A stretch of 41,569 nucleotides of DNA. Source: Perkinsela sp. CCAP 1560/9. Taxonomy: Eukaryota; Protista; Euglenozoa: Kinetoplastea. This document shows positions 22,880 to 34,309 of the stretch, piece by piece. The translations under genes were made by a program, and so were the position numbers. Every line of letters starts with the position of its first letter. The stretch's first letter is position 1. The stretch spans positions 1 through 41,569 of the forward strand of contig CBFFSA010000063.1 of assembly GCA_965644495.1 (NCBI GenBank), in the 5' to 3' direction. The notes under the pieces were generated by a model, which was not told where the DNA came from, did no database searches, and saw only the letters and a list, made by a program, of their open reading frames with translations.

Positions 22880-25800
22880 ATGACTAAACTCAGGAAGAAG
22901 AAGAATAAGAAGAGAAAGGAAAAGGGATTGGTGGATATTAGAAGTAGCTTTGGTGTGGGCCCCCAGGTAGCTCCTCCCCCAACAACAAGCTTGCCTAATG
23001 TATCCCAGTCAGAGTGCCTCCCATCAGGTCCTCCGAGTGAGCCTGGAGTTGACCCCCATGATAGGTCCTCAGCTAATTTAAGTGAGAGTGATGAATGTAG
23101 GTTTCCTGATGCACGTGTTATTTCCTGGAACATGAATGGGATTCAAAATTTCGAAAAATTGAGAACCCTTCGGAAGATGGCTGGGAGTTGTCGGCCTCTT
23201 TTCATTTTGATTCAAGAATCTCACTCTGATTTTGAAAGTGACCTTGATCTTATCAGGAACCAATTGAGGAAGTATATCTGGTTGAGAGACAACTCCTCTG
23301 GGAAGAGGAGGGGTCTGCTCATTGGTGTTAGGCGGATGGAGGGGGTGAAAGAGATTTCTCCCTGTTTCTTTGACCAGACCATGAGTGGATTATTTGGTGT
23401 CCATGTGACTATTGGATCGACGAACTATTCCGTCCTGAATATATACCGTCACCCTGACCTCAAAGTAGCCACCATCTCGCAGGAGGCTGCTCGTTTCTTT
23501 GGCCGGAACCCCAGGAGCATAAATATCTTTGGGGGTGATTTCAATTGGGATGTGAAGGAAAAACAGATGGGGGAAATTGAAAAGTGTTGTGCTACTCTCT
23601 GTATGTCACGCTTGAAATGGGATGAACCCACCCATTATAAAGGGAGGTGTATCGACCATATCTTCTTCTCGTCCAAGGCTCCATTAAAACGTTTGTTTAT
23701 CAATGCCATCCCGTCCGGCTTTAAAGATCATGCACTGCTGATTGGAGGATCCTCGTTTAAGGAATGGGAGATTCAGGCGAATAAGAAATCCATCCCTGAG
23801 TATCTGATTAATGACCATGGGTTCATCAACATTCTTATTGAGAGGATGGGTACCTTCTCCGAGGGTGATGATCCCAACGAGTTTTTGACCAGATTTAAGA
23901 CCACAGCTTGGGAATTAGTTCCCTTCTGGAGAGAAAGAAACACTGAGGCGGCTTTGTTCAGAGAACTGTGGAAGATCCACTCTCTTGTAAGATCCCTTCG
24001 CAATTCTCGCATTCTTAGGAAATCTACAGTCCAGAGGCCATACTCTTCCCTTGAAATGGGTCTGTTGGACCAGGCCTCCCTTGGTTGGAAGGGTCCGAAG
24101 GAAGGGAAGTCGTGGAGGAGAGGAATAATCCCCAGAATGATTTCTGCAGCGCTCAAGAAGATTGAATGTATTGAAGGGCAGTTGGGGATCTTTATTGACA
24201 GTCACCCTGCGAGGCCTAAAGCGAGATCTTCCCCAAGGGTTAAAGGAATTGTTGTGGATGGGGTCATTTCCAGAGATAATGGTGTGGTCCAGAAAGCAAT
24301 TAAAGAATTTTGGGGGAATCTTTTGGGCTCAGTGAGGCCATACAACAAGGACTCTCTCCAGAAGCTGATTGAGAACCATAAACCTCGGTTTCCTAAGGTT
24401 GATTACCATGTTGTTGATGGGGCCAAGGTTGATAAATTGCTGCGACGGTGCAATAATTCGAGTGCTGGCCCAGATGGTATCTCCTTTGCTCTCTACAGAG
24501 TGACAAGTGAACAGCTGTGTGATATGTGGTGTGAACTTATCCAGAGAGCTGGGGAATCAATGGATTTCCCTGAGTCGTTTGGGGAGAGTCAGCTTGTGTT
24601 ACTACCTAAGATTGAGAATATTCCTCGTCCTGACCAATTTCGACCAATAAGTATTACCAATTCTGATTATCGGATTGTGATGAGATATTGGGCCAAATGG
24701 CTGATGGAGAGTGCCAGAGAGGTGATTTCCCCAGAACAAAATGCTATATTTGCTGGAAGGTCCATTGATAATGCAGTGGAATCGATACATGATGGGTTTA
24801 TGGAAGCGGTAGCAGAGGGCAAAGACGTGACCATCCTCCAAACTGATTTCTGTAAGGCCTATGACTATGTTAACCGTGAAGCTCTTATGGAGTTGCTGAT
24901 TGGGTTGAATGCTCCACCCCAAGCCCTTGAAGTTGTATCTAAAGTCCTGCGAGAGTCAGATACATGGCTCCCAACTGTAGGATCGAATGATAAGACACAG
25001 AAGGAAGCCATCAAGAGCCGGACTGGTGTGCGACAAGGCTGCCCCATTTCACCTCTTCTGTTCATTATCCTTTTTGATGTTTTATTGGTTAGTTTGAACA
25101 ATGGGGGTGACCTTGAGAAGCTTGCTGGGTTCATGGATGACTTAGCCCTTCTCCTTCACAGGGTCCAATCCATAAATTCCTTGACCTCAACCTTCCAAGA
25201 ATATGAACAAGGAACCGGAGCCAAACTCAACTACAACAAATGCTTTGTTTTGTCAACTGAAAAATTCTCTCCTGTGGGCCCTTGGGTTGAAATGCCGTCA
25301 GCTAATTATTTGGGAGAGGAGACTGTGTACTTGGGAGTTACAATTTCTCGAAGAATGAACCCAACTAAAGACTGGGAAGGGGTGATCAAGAAAATGCGGA
25401 AGGTTGGAACAGCAATTAAGCAAAGAAAAGGCAGCTTCAAGGAGAGAGTCCAGATGATCAATACTTACCTTATTCCTTGTATGGGTTATTTGGCAAGATT
25501 CAAGCTTATCTCGAAAGCTGTCTCCTCAAAGATGTGGAAAACCATTCGTTCAGCCTTAGGCGTATATGCAAATCTAAAGTCCTGTGTAATGACCTCCCTT
25601 CGTCCCCCTTTCTTTGAAAAACCCCAAGTTAGACACCCTATTCTGTTTAACTGGGCTCTGTTGATATCGAGGAAACCTCTCCAAGATCATTATAGGAATC
25701 CATTGTCCATTGGGGCCATGAGGATTGATGCATTGGAAGCTAGTGGTGCTATCTCAGAACAAGTGAGGATGGGCTCCAAAACCAAGAGATCCTTCTCTCT

Positions 25801-27232
25801 CCTCTCTCGGAACATTTCTGTGGGAGTGGAGAATTTCTATGTGGGGGATGGGTGCTTGAAATGTGTGATCTATAATTTGTCTCTTCCACAAAGACCCCAG
25901 ATTAAGCGGAACCTTTTGAAGTTCTTTTTGAGGGGTCTTCCAACTGTGGATAAGATTGCCCATTTTACATCTGTGAGTCCACTTTGTTGGCTGTGTAGGA
26001 AAGCCAAAAAGTCAAGGGTGCACCTCCTTGAAGAATGTCTGAAAGCTAAGGCAATTTTGAAAACTATTGGGAGGAGATGCTTTGTTTTAAAGATTCCTGG
26101 GTGGGAGAGTGCCGACTTTGTGTGTGGATTTATGAACCAGTATCTAAAGAAGGCTGAAGCATCTGCAGTGAGTGCAGCCCTATTGAGCTTGTGGATCACT
26201 GTATGTGCAGAAGGATCGAAGTCCCCAAGCTTTGCTGTTAAAATTTTTGATGAAATTGCTAAGACAAACAAGATGATCCCCAAACAAACTGTAAGAAAGG
26301 CTCCCCCCAAAGGTAAAAGAGAAGTGAAACAACCAAAGTTCAAGTACCCTGCCTTGCAAGTGTTTTATGATGGCTCTGGGCGTGTAGACCCCCACATCGG
26401 GGGAGCTGGGTATGTGATTATTAAGGAAGGTTTGGAGGTTGGAGGTGGATTTGAAACAATCCCACTAGGCTCAAATAATTTGGGTGAGTTTTCAGGATGC
26501 TTAGCTGGTCTACAACAAGTTATTGGCTTTGGGCAACGTGTAGAGATGGTGGGAGATTGTAAAATTCTGACTGAGGCAGCGCCTAAGACAAAACCGATTG
26601 ATAACTTTGAGCTCAATGAGATCCTATCTGAGATCAGAAATATTGCTGAGAGTAAATTTGCCAAAGTGGAGTACACTCATGTGTATCGCGAATTCAACAA
26701 GAGGTCAGATGCGATTGCAACGGCAGCAAGTCACTCTGAAGAGGATGGGATGGAAGCTGTCTTTGATAGGAACTGGGATCCAAGATCGAAACAACTAGCA
26801 ACAACCAGTGAGGAATGGATTATTGAGAATTCCAAACTGTGGAAGTGGGTGATGAAACCGTTGGATTTGGATTGGAGCTTCCCTGTGAAGAAAGCTCAGT
26901 TTAAGAGGAGGTTTAAGGACAAGGTGATTACAACTAATAATGTTTATTTCCCAGTACAAGCTGCACTGGATGGGGCAATGATTTCTCCTGTGTTCATTTC
27001 AGATGATATTGTTAAGTGGTTTCCAGAAAGAGCTGCACCTGGAGAGATGTTAGAAAGTTTTGTTGAGAAAGAAAACCGAAAATGGAGAGAGGAGTATGAG
27101 CAAGCAAGGAACCGTTGGTTGAAGAGTGCAATGAGACCTTCCATTGTAAGGAAGATTATTAGGCCTATTAAGGTTGTTGAGAAGAAAAGAATTTTGAAAG
27201 AGATTCGAATGAGAAATAGAAAGAAACATTAG
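22880..27232 (+). CDS. Intact 1450-aa non-LTR ORF2: APE endonuclease, RT (FMDD), CCHC, RNase H, conserved C-terminal extension (L1/Tx1-like)
   Basis: SWNMNG, IQESH, GGDFN, CIDHIF; SAGPDG, FRPISITNSDYRI, DFCKAYD, GVRQGCPISP, FMDD; CWLC...HLLEEC; YDGSG, NNLGEF, GDC, HVYREFNKRSDAIA. Confidence 0.95.
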   Translation: MTKLRKKKNKKRKEKGLVDIRSSFGVGPQVAPPPTTSLPNVSQSECLPSGPPSEPGVDPHDRSSANLSESDECRFPDARVISWNMNGIQNFEKLRTLRKMAGSCRPLFILIQESHSDFESDLDLIRNQLRKYIWLRDNSSGKRRGLLIGVRRMEGVKEISPCFFDQTMSGLFGVHVTIGSTNYSVLNIYRHPDLKVATISQEAARFFGRNPRSINIFGGDFNWDVKEKQMGEIEKCCATLCMSRLKWDEPTHYKGRCIDHIFFSSKAPLKRLFINAIPSGFKDHALLIGGSSFKEWEIQANKKSIPEYLINDHGFINILIERMGTFSEGDDPNEFLTRFKTTAWELVPFWRERNTEAALFRELWKIHSLVRSLRNSRILRKSTVQRPYSSLEMGLLDQASLGWKGPKEGKSWRRGIIPRMISAALKKIECIEGQLGIFIDSHPARPKARSSPRVKGIVVDGVISRDNGVVQKAIKEFWGNLLGSVRPYNKDSLQKLIENHKPRFPKVDYHVVDGAKVDKLLRRCNNSSAGPDGISFALYRVTSEQLCDMWCELIQRAGESMDFPESFGESQLVLLPKIENIPRPDQFRPISITNSDYRIVMRYWAKWLMESAREVISPEQNAIFAGRSIDNAVESIHDGFMEAVAEGKDVTILQTDFCKAYDYVNREALMELLIGLNAPPQALEVVSKVLRESDTWLPTVGSNDKTQKEAIKSRTGVRQGCPISPLLFIILFDVLLVSLNNGGDLEKLAGFMDDLALLLHRVQSINSLTSTFQEYEQGTGAKLNYNKCFVLSTEKFSPVGPWVEMPSANYLGEETVYLGVTISRRMNPTKDWEGVIKKMRKVGTAIKQRKGSFKERVQMINTYLIPCMGYLARFKLISKAVSSKMWKTIRSALGVYANLKSCVMTSLRPPFFEKPQVRHPILFNWALLISRKPLQDHYRNPLSIGAMRIDALEASGAISEQVRMGSKTKRSFSLLSRNISVGVENFYVGDGCLKCVIYNLSLPQRPQIKRNLLKFFLRGLPTVDKIAHFTSVSPLCWLCRKAKKSRVHLLEECLKAKAILKTIGRRCFVLKIPGWESADFVCGFMNQYLKKAEASAVSAALLSLWITVCAEGSKSPSFAVKIFDEIAKTNKMIPKQTVRKAPPKGKREVKQPKFKYPALQVFYDGSGRVDPHIGGAGYVIIKEGLEVGGGFETIPLGSNNLGEFSGCLAGLQQVIGFGQRVEMVGDCKILTEAAPKTKPIDNFELNEILSEIRNIAESKFAKVEYTHVYREFNKRSDAIATAASHSEEDGMEAVFDRNWDPRSKQLATTSEEWIIENSKLWKWVMKPLDLDWSFPVKKAQFKRRFKDKVITTNNVYFPVQAALDGAMISPVFISDDIVKWFPERAAPGEMLESFVEKENRKWREEYEQARNRWLKSAMRPSIVRKIIRPIKVVEKKRILKEIRMRNRKKH

Positions 27233-27377
27233 AGCTTTTGGCCACTAAGTTGGCACTGAAGTGGGTTGATCCTACTTGATTATAACAATTTAATTTAAGT
27301 GTATTCTTGGGTGTCCAGATTACACTTCATTTCAATAAATGGCATCTCTGATGTCTAAAATTAAAAAAAAAAAAAAA

Positions 27378-29007
27378 CAAAATACTTTTCTTGTGTCGCC
27401 TTATATAAAGAGAAAGGGATACCATCGGGTCCTGCACTGGTGTTATTGGTTCTCTGAAGAAGTTTATCAACTTTCTTCCTGTTAACATCATGTCTCTCAA
27501 CTGGGGGAAAGCGAGGATGATGGTCAGCAATCAGTTCGTCAAGAGAATCCTTGTTATATGGTCTTTCTGTACTGAGAAGGCTCTCCCAAAAGTCCTTAAT
27601 TGCTTTTTTAACCACATTATCATCACGAGAGATCACTCCATCTACAATTACACCTTTAACACAGGGAGAAGATTTACGACCAGGGCACGAGGGGTGTTCA
27701 TCCACAAAAATTCCGAGTTGTTGTTCGAGAACTGCAGTTCGATCCATCCCAGCTTTGATCATTCTAGGAATAGCTTTGATTCTCCATTTCTTGTCATCTC
27801 GAGAGCCATTCCATCCTATCGTAGCTGTATGAAGAAGTTCGAGTTCCAACGAAGAGAAAGAGTGTATGGCTGAAGTTTTCCTTAAAATCCTGGTTTTTGC
27901 AAGGCGTTTGATGATTGTCTGGAGTTTCCATAGTTCTTTGAAAAGGTGAGCTTCTTTCCCTTTGTCTTTCCATAGAGGGACTAATTCCCACGCCTTCTCC
28001 TTGAGTTTAGTAAGACAACTGACAGGATCACCTTCCACATAGTTCCCAACTTCATTAATGAGGGCATTAATAAATTTAGGATCTTTAATGAGGTATTCAG
28101 GGATTCTCTTCTTGTTAGATTTCAACTCCCATTCTTTGATACTAGTTCCACCTACGATCATCGCATGGTCCTTAAAACCTGAAGGGATCGCATTAACAAA
28201 AATCCTTTCACTAGGAGCGTTCGAGGGAATAAAGACATGATCGATACATCATCCTTGGAAATGGGTTGGTTCTGACCACCCCAGTCTTGATAGGTTCCAA
28301 GATTCAGAGGATTCTGTGAGCTCTTTAAAAGGGGGTTCATTAAGATCCCAGTTGAAGTCACCTCCCAGAACGTTCAGCCCATCTTTGGAGAAGAACTTTC
28401 CGATTTGGTCTTGCATAAAGGGAAGTTTCAGATCGCAATGACGGTAGACATTCATCACAGCATATTCAGTATTGAAAATCTTGGTTCTCAGTCCAAACAA
28501 ACCACTCTCAGAGCTTTCAATTGGGTATGGTTCTATATCATGAAGGCCTTCCATTCTTCTGACTCCAATGGCAAGGCCCCGCTTCCGTTCCGAGAAGGGG
28601 TCTTTGAACCACAAATATTTCCTCAAACAATTCTTGAGATGATCGAGATCTTTTTCAGATGCGGCATGGGTTTCTTGAAGCAAAATAAACAGAGGATGGC
28701 AACTTGCAGCCATTCGACGGCAAAGGTTGAGTTTTTCATCATTGTGAACACCATTGATGTTCCATGATAAAATCCTCATGTCTGGGAATTTGTTATACTG
28801 ATACAGGTTTGGAAGCGGCGGCGCAGGGAAGGGGGGAAGGAAAGAAGATGAAGGGGGTTGGGACACCAAGACAGGTGCTTGAGGGGTTGGGGAGGCAAGG
28901 TTTGTTTTTTGACGAAGATCAATAACGGAAGAGTCAGAGGAAGCACAAGGGTCCTTCAGTGATGGAAAGAAAGATTTTAAATTGTTGTTGTTTTTCTTTC
29001 CTTTCAT
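27378..29007 (-). pseudogene. Family A ORF2 5' half (copy A3), endonuclease domain
   Basis: Near-identical to 9691-11318; one TGA at 28249. Confidence 0.9.
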
Positions 29008-29391
29008 TCTTTCCTTTATGAGGGGGGGGAAGATGAGGAGGATGAAACATTGCTTGACTCAGGGAATCGAGCACTGTCCATCATCAACACTGTCTCACCC
29101 CATTCTATTTGATGCAAATCTCCAAGAACCGCGAAACCGTTTGAGGCAGGGATCTCCGAAAAAGGAAAAGTCGCTTTTTCCTTCCCGGGGACACCAGTGG
29201 GGACACTCTTATCACGGTTATTTTCCTTTGTTTTTTCCTCTTCATCTTTCTCTTCTTCTATCTCCTCTTTCCCTTTCTCCTCTTCCCTACTTTTCTTTTT
29301 CTTCTTCTTCGCTGGCTTCTTGGTTACAGGTAGTGGTTTGGTCCCAGTAGAAGTTGGTTCCTTCTCCTCAACTGTTTCTTCCGACACCACC

Positions 29392-29591
29392 NNNNNNNNN
29401 NNNNNNNNNNNNNNNNNNNNNNNNNNNNNNNNNNNNNNNNNNNNNNNNNNNNNNNNNNNNNNNNNNNNNNNNNNNNNNNNNNNNNNNNNNNNNNNNNNNN
29501 NNNNNNNNNNNNNNNNNNNNNNNNNNNNNNNNNNNNNNNNNNNNNNNNNNNNNNNNNNNNNNNNNNNNNNNNNNNNNNNNNNNNNNNNNNN
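29392..29591. other. Assembly gap (200 N)
   Basis: N run. Confidence 1.
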
Positions 29592-29625
29592 CACCCCCCC
29601 GGGGTTGGACATAGTCAAATTTACA
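29592..29625. mobile_element. Terminal 34 bp of another inserted element ending ...TTACA (LTR-like or TGT-type terminus)
   Basis: Absent from the uninterrupted A1 copy at ~33580-33600; A sequence resumes at TTGCTCCCAG. Confidence 0.45.
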
Positions 29626-31172
29626 TTGCTCCCAGAAATTGGATCAGATGAGAATCGAGGTCTGCTCATGTCTGGGGAAATCTCATCCTCATCCTCAATT
29701 AAAATAACCCCCCTCTCAGCATCAGTTTCAGCAACAATGTCTTCAAGGAAATCCATCATATCTTTTTGAGGGATTGTTGGGGTTTCTGACATACTGCCCA
29801 AGCGAGATGATGTGGCTGGAGTTTGGGAGAGTGATTCCTTACAAGGTTTAGTAGTCTTGAGTGAAGATTTGGGTTGGTTACTTCTTGAAGGGGCTGATTT
29901 TTCCTTGGAGGAACCTTCTTGAAGAGCAGTTTCCCTCACATTTGTGCTTTGATCGACCTCCATCAGGGTTGTAGATGAGGGACAAGGGTCAGCAGACTTC
30001 ATTGGGGGTGGTGCCCTCTGATTGGGATTTGGTAATATGGGAAATTGGGACAGAGAGAGATTTGTACCTTGGTTCCCTTGATTAGTTGAGGACTCTATAG
30101 GAATAATAAATCTTTTATATGACTGTTCCCTCAATTTCGTGATCGTCACAGGAAGGGAAGGGAATTTCCTCCAAGAGTCTGTCTCATTATTTAACTTTTT
30201 GATGATTCCTCCCTCTCCCTCCTTGTCCACAATCTCCTTCGCACATTTTAAATGCCTTGAGTGTGAAATCTCACACACTTGACAATTTACTTTCTCATGA
30301 AAGGGACTCATAGGGGTCCACAGAGAGATCTTACCTTGGAACTCATTGTTAATAATAAAAGAACCTCTGTGCTTGGCAATAATACATGTCAGAATGAGAG
30401 GGATTACATCATAGAAGATGATAATACAATCGTCACTGATCTGAGCCACCTCTTTTAATCCATGGTGAGGAAGAGCAGATTCACCAATAAACAATCTTTG
30501 GATCCACTCTTCCCCTTTGATTAAAAAGGGGACACAGAGTTTAAAGCCCCATAAATTCCAATCTTGGTTGTTCTTCCAGACAAAGGGCTTCCCAAAACTG
30601 GTTGCGAGGAAGGAACCATTTTCCAGAATGACTTTCTCCAGGGGTTCGTGCATTTCTTCATCGAAGGTGGCCACGTTGAGGTGGCCTTTCATAACATGCA
30701 AGAGGAAGTTCCCTCTCAGCTTAGGGACTTTGTTGAGTGTGGCCATCGCTCTCTGGTAGTTTGGCATTCCTTCATAGAAACAAAAGGAACCCATTACAAA
30801 GATGGGGCGGATTATTGTGTTGTTCTTCACAGGGTTAACCTCAGTTCCAATATGGGACAAGGTCTTTGGTATTTCTTTCTTGACTCACAACCACCATCCT
30901 TCCTCAGACACTCTCTTCGAGGTTGATTTGATTGGAATTTCTTCAGAATTCCCACTTGGGTTTGCATTTTTTTGTTCGTTCTTTGAATACAAGGGGGAGT
31001 GGGACCCATTCTGGGAGCCCTTAGGGGAAGAGGATGTACTCTTTCCACTGGACATAACAGATTTCTCTGAAGTGCTCAACTAGGCAGGGTTTCACCAACA
31101 TGGTGGGTGAAGGAAAGAAAATCAGATTGGGCAAGGAAAGTCTCCTTAAACCAACCTGATTTTTTTTTTTTT

Positions 31173-34100
31173 GATTCTCCATTTCTTGTCATCTCAAGAA
31201 CCATTCCATCCTATTGCAGCTGTATGAAGGAGTTTGAGTTCCAATGAAGAGAAAGAGTGTATGGCTGAAGTTTTCCTTAAAATCCTGGTCTTTGCAAGGT
31301 GTTTGATGATTGTCTGGAGTTTCCATAGTTCTTTGAAAAGGTGAGCTTCTTTCCCTTTGTCTTTCCACAAAGGAACTAATTCCCACACCTTCTCCTTGAA
31401 TTTAATAAGACAACTGACAGGATCACCTTCCACATAGTCCCCAACTTCATTAATGAGGGCATTAATAAATTTAGGATCTTTAATGAGGTATTCAGAGATT
31501 CTCTTCTTGTTAGATTTCAACTCCCATTCTTTGATACTAGTTCCACCTACGATCATCACATGGCCTTTAAAGCCTGAAGGGATCGCATTAACAAAAATTC
31601 TTTTGCTAGGAGTGTTCAAGGGAATAAAGACATGATCAATACATTGTCCTTGGAAATGGGTTGGTTCTGACCACCCCAGTTTTGATAGATTCCAAGATTC
31701 AGAGGATTCTGCAAGCTCTTTAAAAGGGGGTTCATTAAGATCCCAGTTGAAGTCACCTCCCAGAACGTTCAGTCCATCTTTGGAGAAGAACTTTCTGATT
31801 TGGTCTTGCATAAAGGGAAGTTTCAGATCACAATGACAGTAGACATTCATCACAGCATATTCAGTATTTGTGAAGTGGCCAGGAGTTTGGAGAAGGAAAG
31901 AGTGGGCAGGTGAAGGAAAGAAGGAAAGGGAAGAAAGGGAAAAAGAAAGAAAGAGAAAAGTCAAGAGCAAATCATGGGAAAGATTGGCGGCGCATCGCAA
32001 AGGGAAACCAACCAAGTAAGTTTATTCCTTTTACCAACAAACAAAAGGAGTATTCATATGGGACAACAAATATAACAAGTGTGGAATTGACAAGAAGCAA
32101 AACAGAATGAAAGACAAAAACACACAAGAAAAAAGGATGCGGCGGAGAGATTAAATTACAGATAAATGTTACAGAACACAGGATTAATTGACATAAAGAT
32201 TATATAAAATAAACAAATAAGATGGTGCGAAAATATTAAGGGAACAACTTGATTTCAGAGTGAGAACTGGGTGGGAAGAGCTCAGATGAGAGAGACAGGA
32301 ATACATGCAGAATCAAAATGGTCTGTACAGTCTTACAAATGTTCATCAGGGATATTCACACAACAGGGGAGCACAGTGGTGTACAAAGAGAAACAGATTA
32401 ATTTGCACAACATGGAATCAGTTCACACCAGGATTCTGACAGTATTGAAAATCTTGGTTCTCAGTCCAAACAAACCACTCTCAGAGCTTTCAATTGGATA
32501 TGGTTCTATATCATGAAGGCCTTTCATTCTTCTGACTCCAATGGCAAGGCCCCACTTCTGTTCTGAGAAGGGGTCTTTGAACCACAAATATTTCCTCAAA
32601 CAATTCTTGAGATGATCAAGATCTTTTTCAGATGTGGCATGGGTTTCTTGAAGCAAAATAAACAGAGGACAGCAGCTTGCAGCCATTCTATGGCAAAGGT
32701 TGAGTTTTCATCATTGTGAACACCATTGATGTTCCATGATAAAATCCTCATGTCTGGGAATTTGTTATACTGATACAGGTTTGGAAGCAGCGGTGCAGGG
32801 AAGGGAGGAAGGAAAGAAGATGAAGGGGGTTGAAACACCAAGACAGGTGCTTGAGGGGTTGGGGAGGCAAGGTTTGTTTTTTGGTGAAGATCAATAATGG
32901 AAGAGTCAGAGGAAGCACAAGGGTCCTTCAATGGTGGAAAGAAAGATTTTAAATTATTATTGTTTTTCTTTCCTTTCATTCTTTCCTTTATGAGGGGAAG
33001 GAAAAAGAGGAGGATGAAACATTGCTTGACTCAGGGAATTGAGCACTATCCATTGTCAACACTGTCTCACCCCATTCTATTTGATGCAAATCTCCAAGAA
33101 CCACAAAACTGTTTGAGGCAGGGATCTCCAAAAAAGGATAAATCGCTTTTTCCTTCCTGGGGACACCAGTGGGGACACTCTTATCACAGTCATTTTCCTT
33201 TGTTTTTTCCTCTTCAGCTTTCTCTTCTTCTATCTCTTCTTTCCCTTTCTCCTCTTCCCTACTTTTCTTTTTCTTCTTCTTTGCTGGCTTTTTGGTTACA
33301 GGTAATGGTTTGGTCCCAGTAGAAGTTGGTTCCTTCTCCTCAACTGTCTCTTCTAACACTACCCTCTTCCTCAGTCTGAATTTCAGCTTTAATTTCAGTT
33401 CCTCAACCACCCTATCAATAATGTGGCCAAGAAAGTCTGCATCAAAACTCGATTCCCATTTAAGCTGTCCTTTTTCCAACTCACTCTTCAACTTCCCAAG
33501 GCTATCTTCAGTCCTCTCCCACTCACACTGGAAATTCACCCCATCTAATATTTTCCAAGCCCCTTCAGTGTTGTGGATAGTCATTGATCATTTGCTCCCA
33601 GAAATTGGATCAGATGAGAATTGAGGTCTGTTCACATCTGGGGAAATCTCATCCTCATCCTCAATTAAAATAACCCCCCTCTCAGTGTCAGTTTCAGCAA
33701 CAATGTCTTCAAGGAAGTCCATCATATCTTTTTGAGGGATTGTTGGGGTTTCTGATGTACTGCCTGAGCGAGATGATGTGGCCAGAGTTTGGGAGAGTGA
33801 TTCCTTATGAGGCTTAGTAGTCTTGAGTGAAGATTTGGGTTGGTTACTTCTTGAAGGAGCTGATTTTTCCTTGGAGGAACCTTCTCGAAGAGCAGTTTCC
33901 CTCACATTTGTGCTTTGATCAACCTCCATCAGGGTTGTAGATGAGAGATGAGGGTCAGCAGACTTCATTAAGGGTGGTGCCCTCTGATTGGAATTTGATA
34001 ATATGGGAAATTGGGACAGAGAGAGATTCATACCTTGGTTTCCTTGATTTGTCAAAGACTCTGTAGGAATAATAAATCTTTTATATAACTGTTCCTTCAA

Positions 34101-34309
34101 TTTCATGATTGTCACAGGAAGGAAAGGAAATTTCCTCCAAGAGTCTATCTCATTATTTAACTTTTTGATGATTCCTCCCTCTCCCTCCTTGTCCACAATC
34201 TCCTTCACACATTTTAAATGCCTTGAGTGTGAAATCTCACACACTTGACAATTTACTTTCTCATGAAAGGGACTCATAGGGGTCCACAGAGAGATCTTAC
34301 CTTGGAACT
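31173..34309 (-). mobile_element. Outer copy A1, 5' part (ORF2 endonuclease and most of ORF1), 5'-truncated at the bacterial junction
   Basis: Continues the 5731-6880 fragment across the TSD. Identity with A3 ends at ...TTACCTTGGAACT (34309). Confidence 0.9.
31869..32441. mobile_element. 573-bp solo LTR in A1 ORF2
   Basis: TGT...ACA termini. 5-bp TSD GTATT at 31864-31868 and 32442-32446. The empty site is visible in the other A copies. Confidence 0.8.

Larger units (their letters stand above)
13657..27377 (+). mobile_element. Non-LTR family B element with both ends, inserted antisense in A3
   Basis: 14-bp TSD CAAAATACTTTTCT at 13643-13656 and 27378-27391. 5' CCT(A)33, AATAAA at 27334-27339 and an A15 tail at 27363-27377. 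Confidence 0.9.
29016..31079 (-). pseudogene. Family A ORF1 with a CX2CX3HX5C knuckle (spans a gap and a foreign end)
   Basis: CQVCEISHSRHLKC. In-frame TGA at 30885. Homologous to B ORF1 and to 32988-34309. Confidence 0.8.
6881..31169 (-). mobile_element. Composite family-A insertion into copy A1, flanked by a 13-18 bp TSD
   Basis: TTTGATTCTCCATTTC occurs at 6865-6880 and 31170-31185. Poly(A) tail is the T-run at 6881-6893, with AATAAA at 6916-6921(-). The 5' end is at ~31169. Two N gaps prevent resolving which internal halves belong together. Confidence 0.75.

Noticed and set aside
22880-27232. Bacterial RT system (group II intron, retron, DGR)
   Set aside because: APE endonuclease, ORF1, poly(A) tail and TSD identify a eukaryotic non-LTR retrotransposon.
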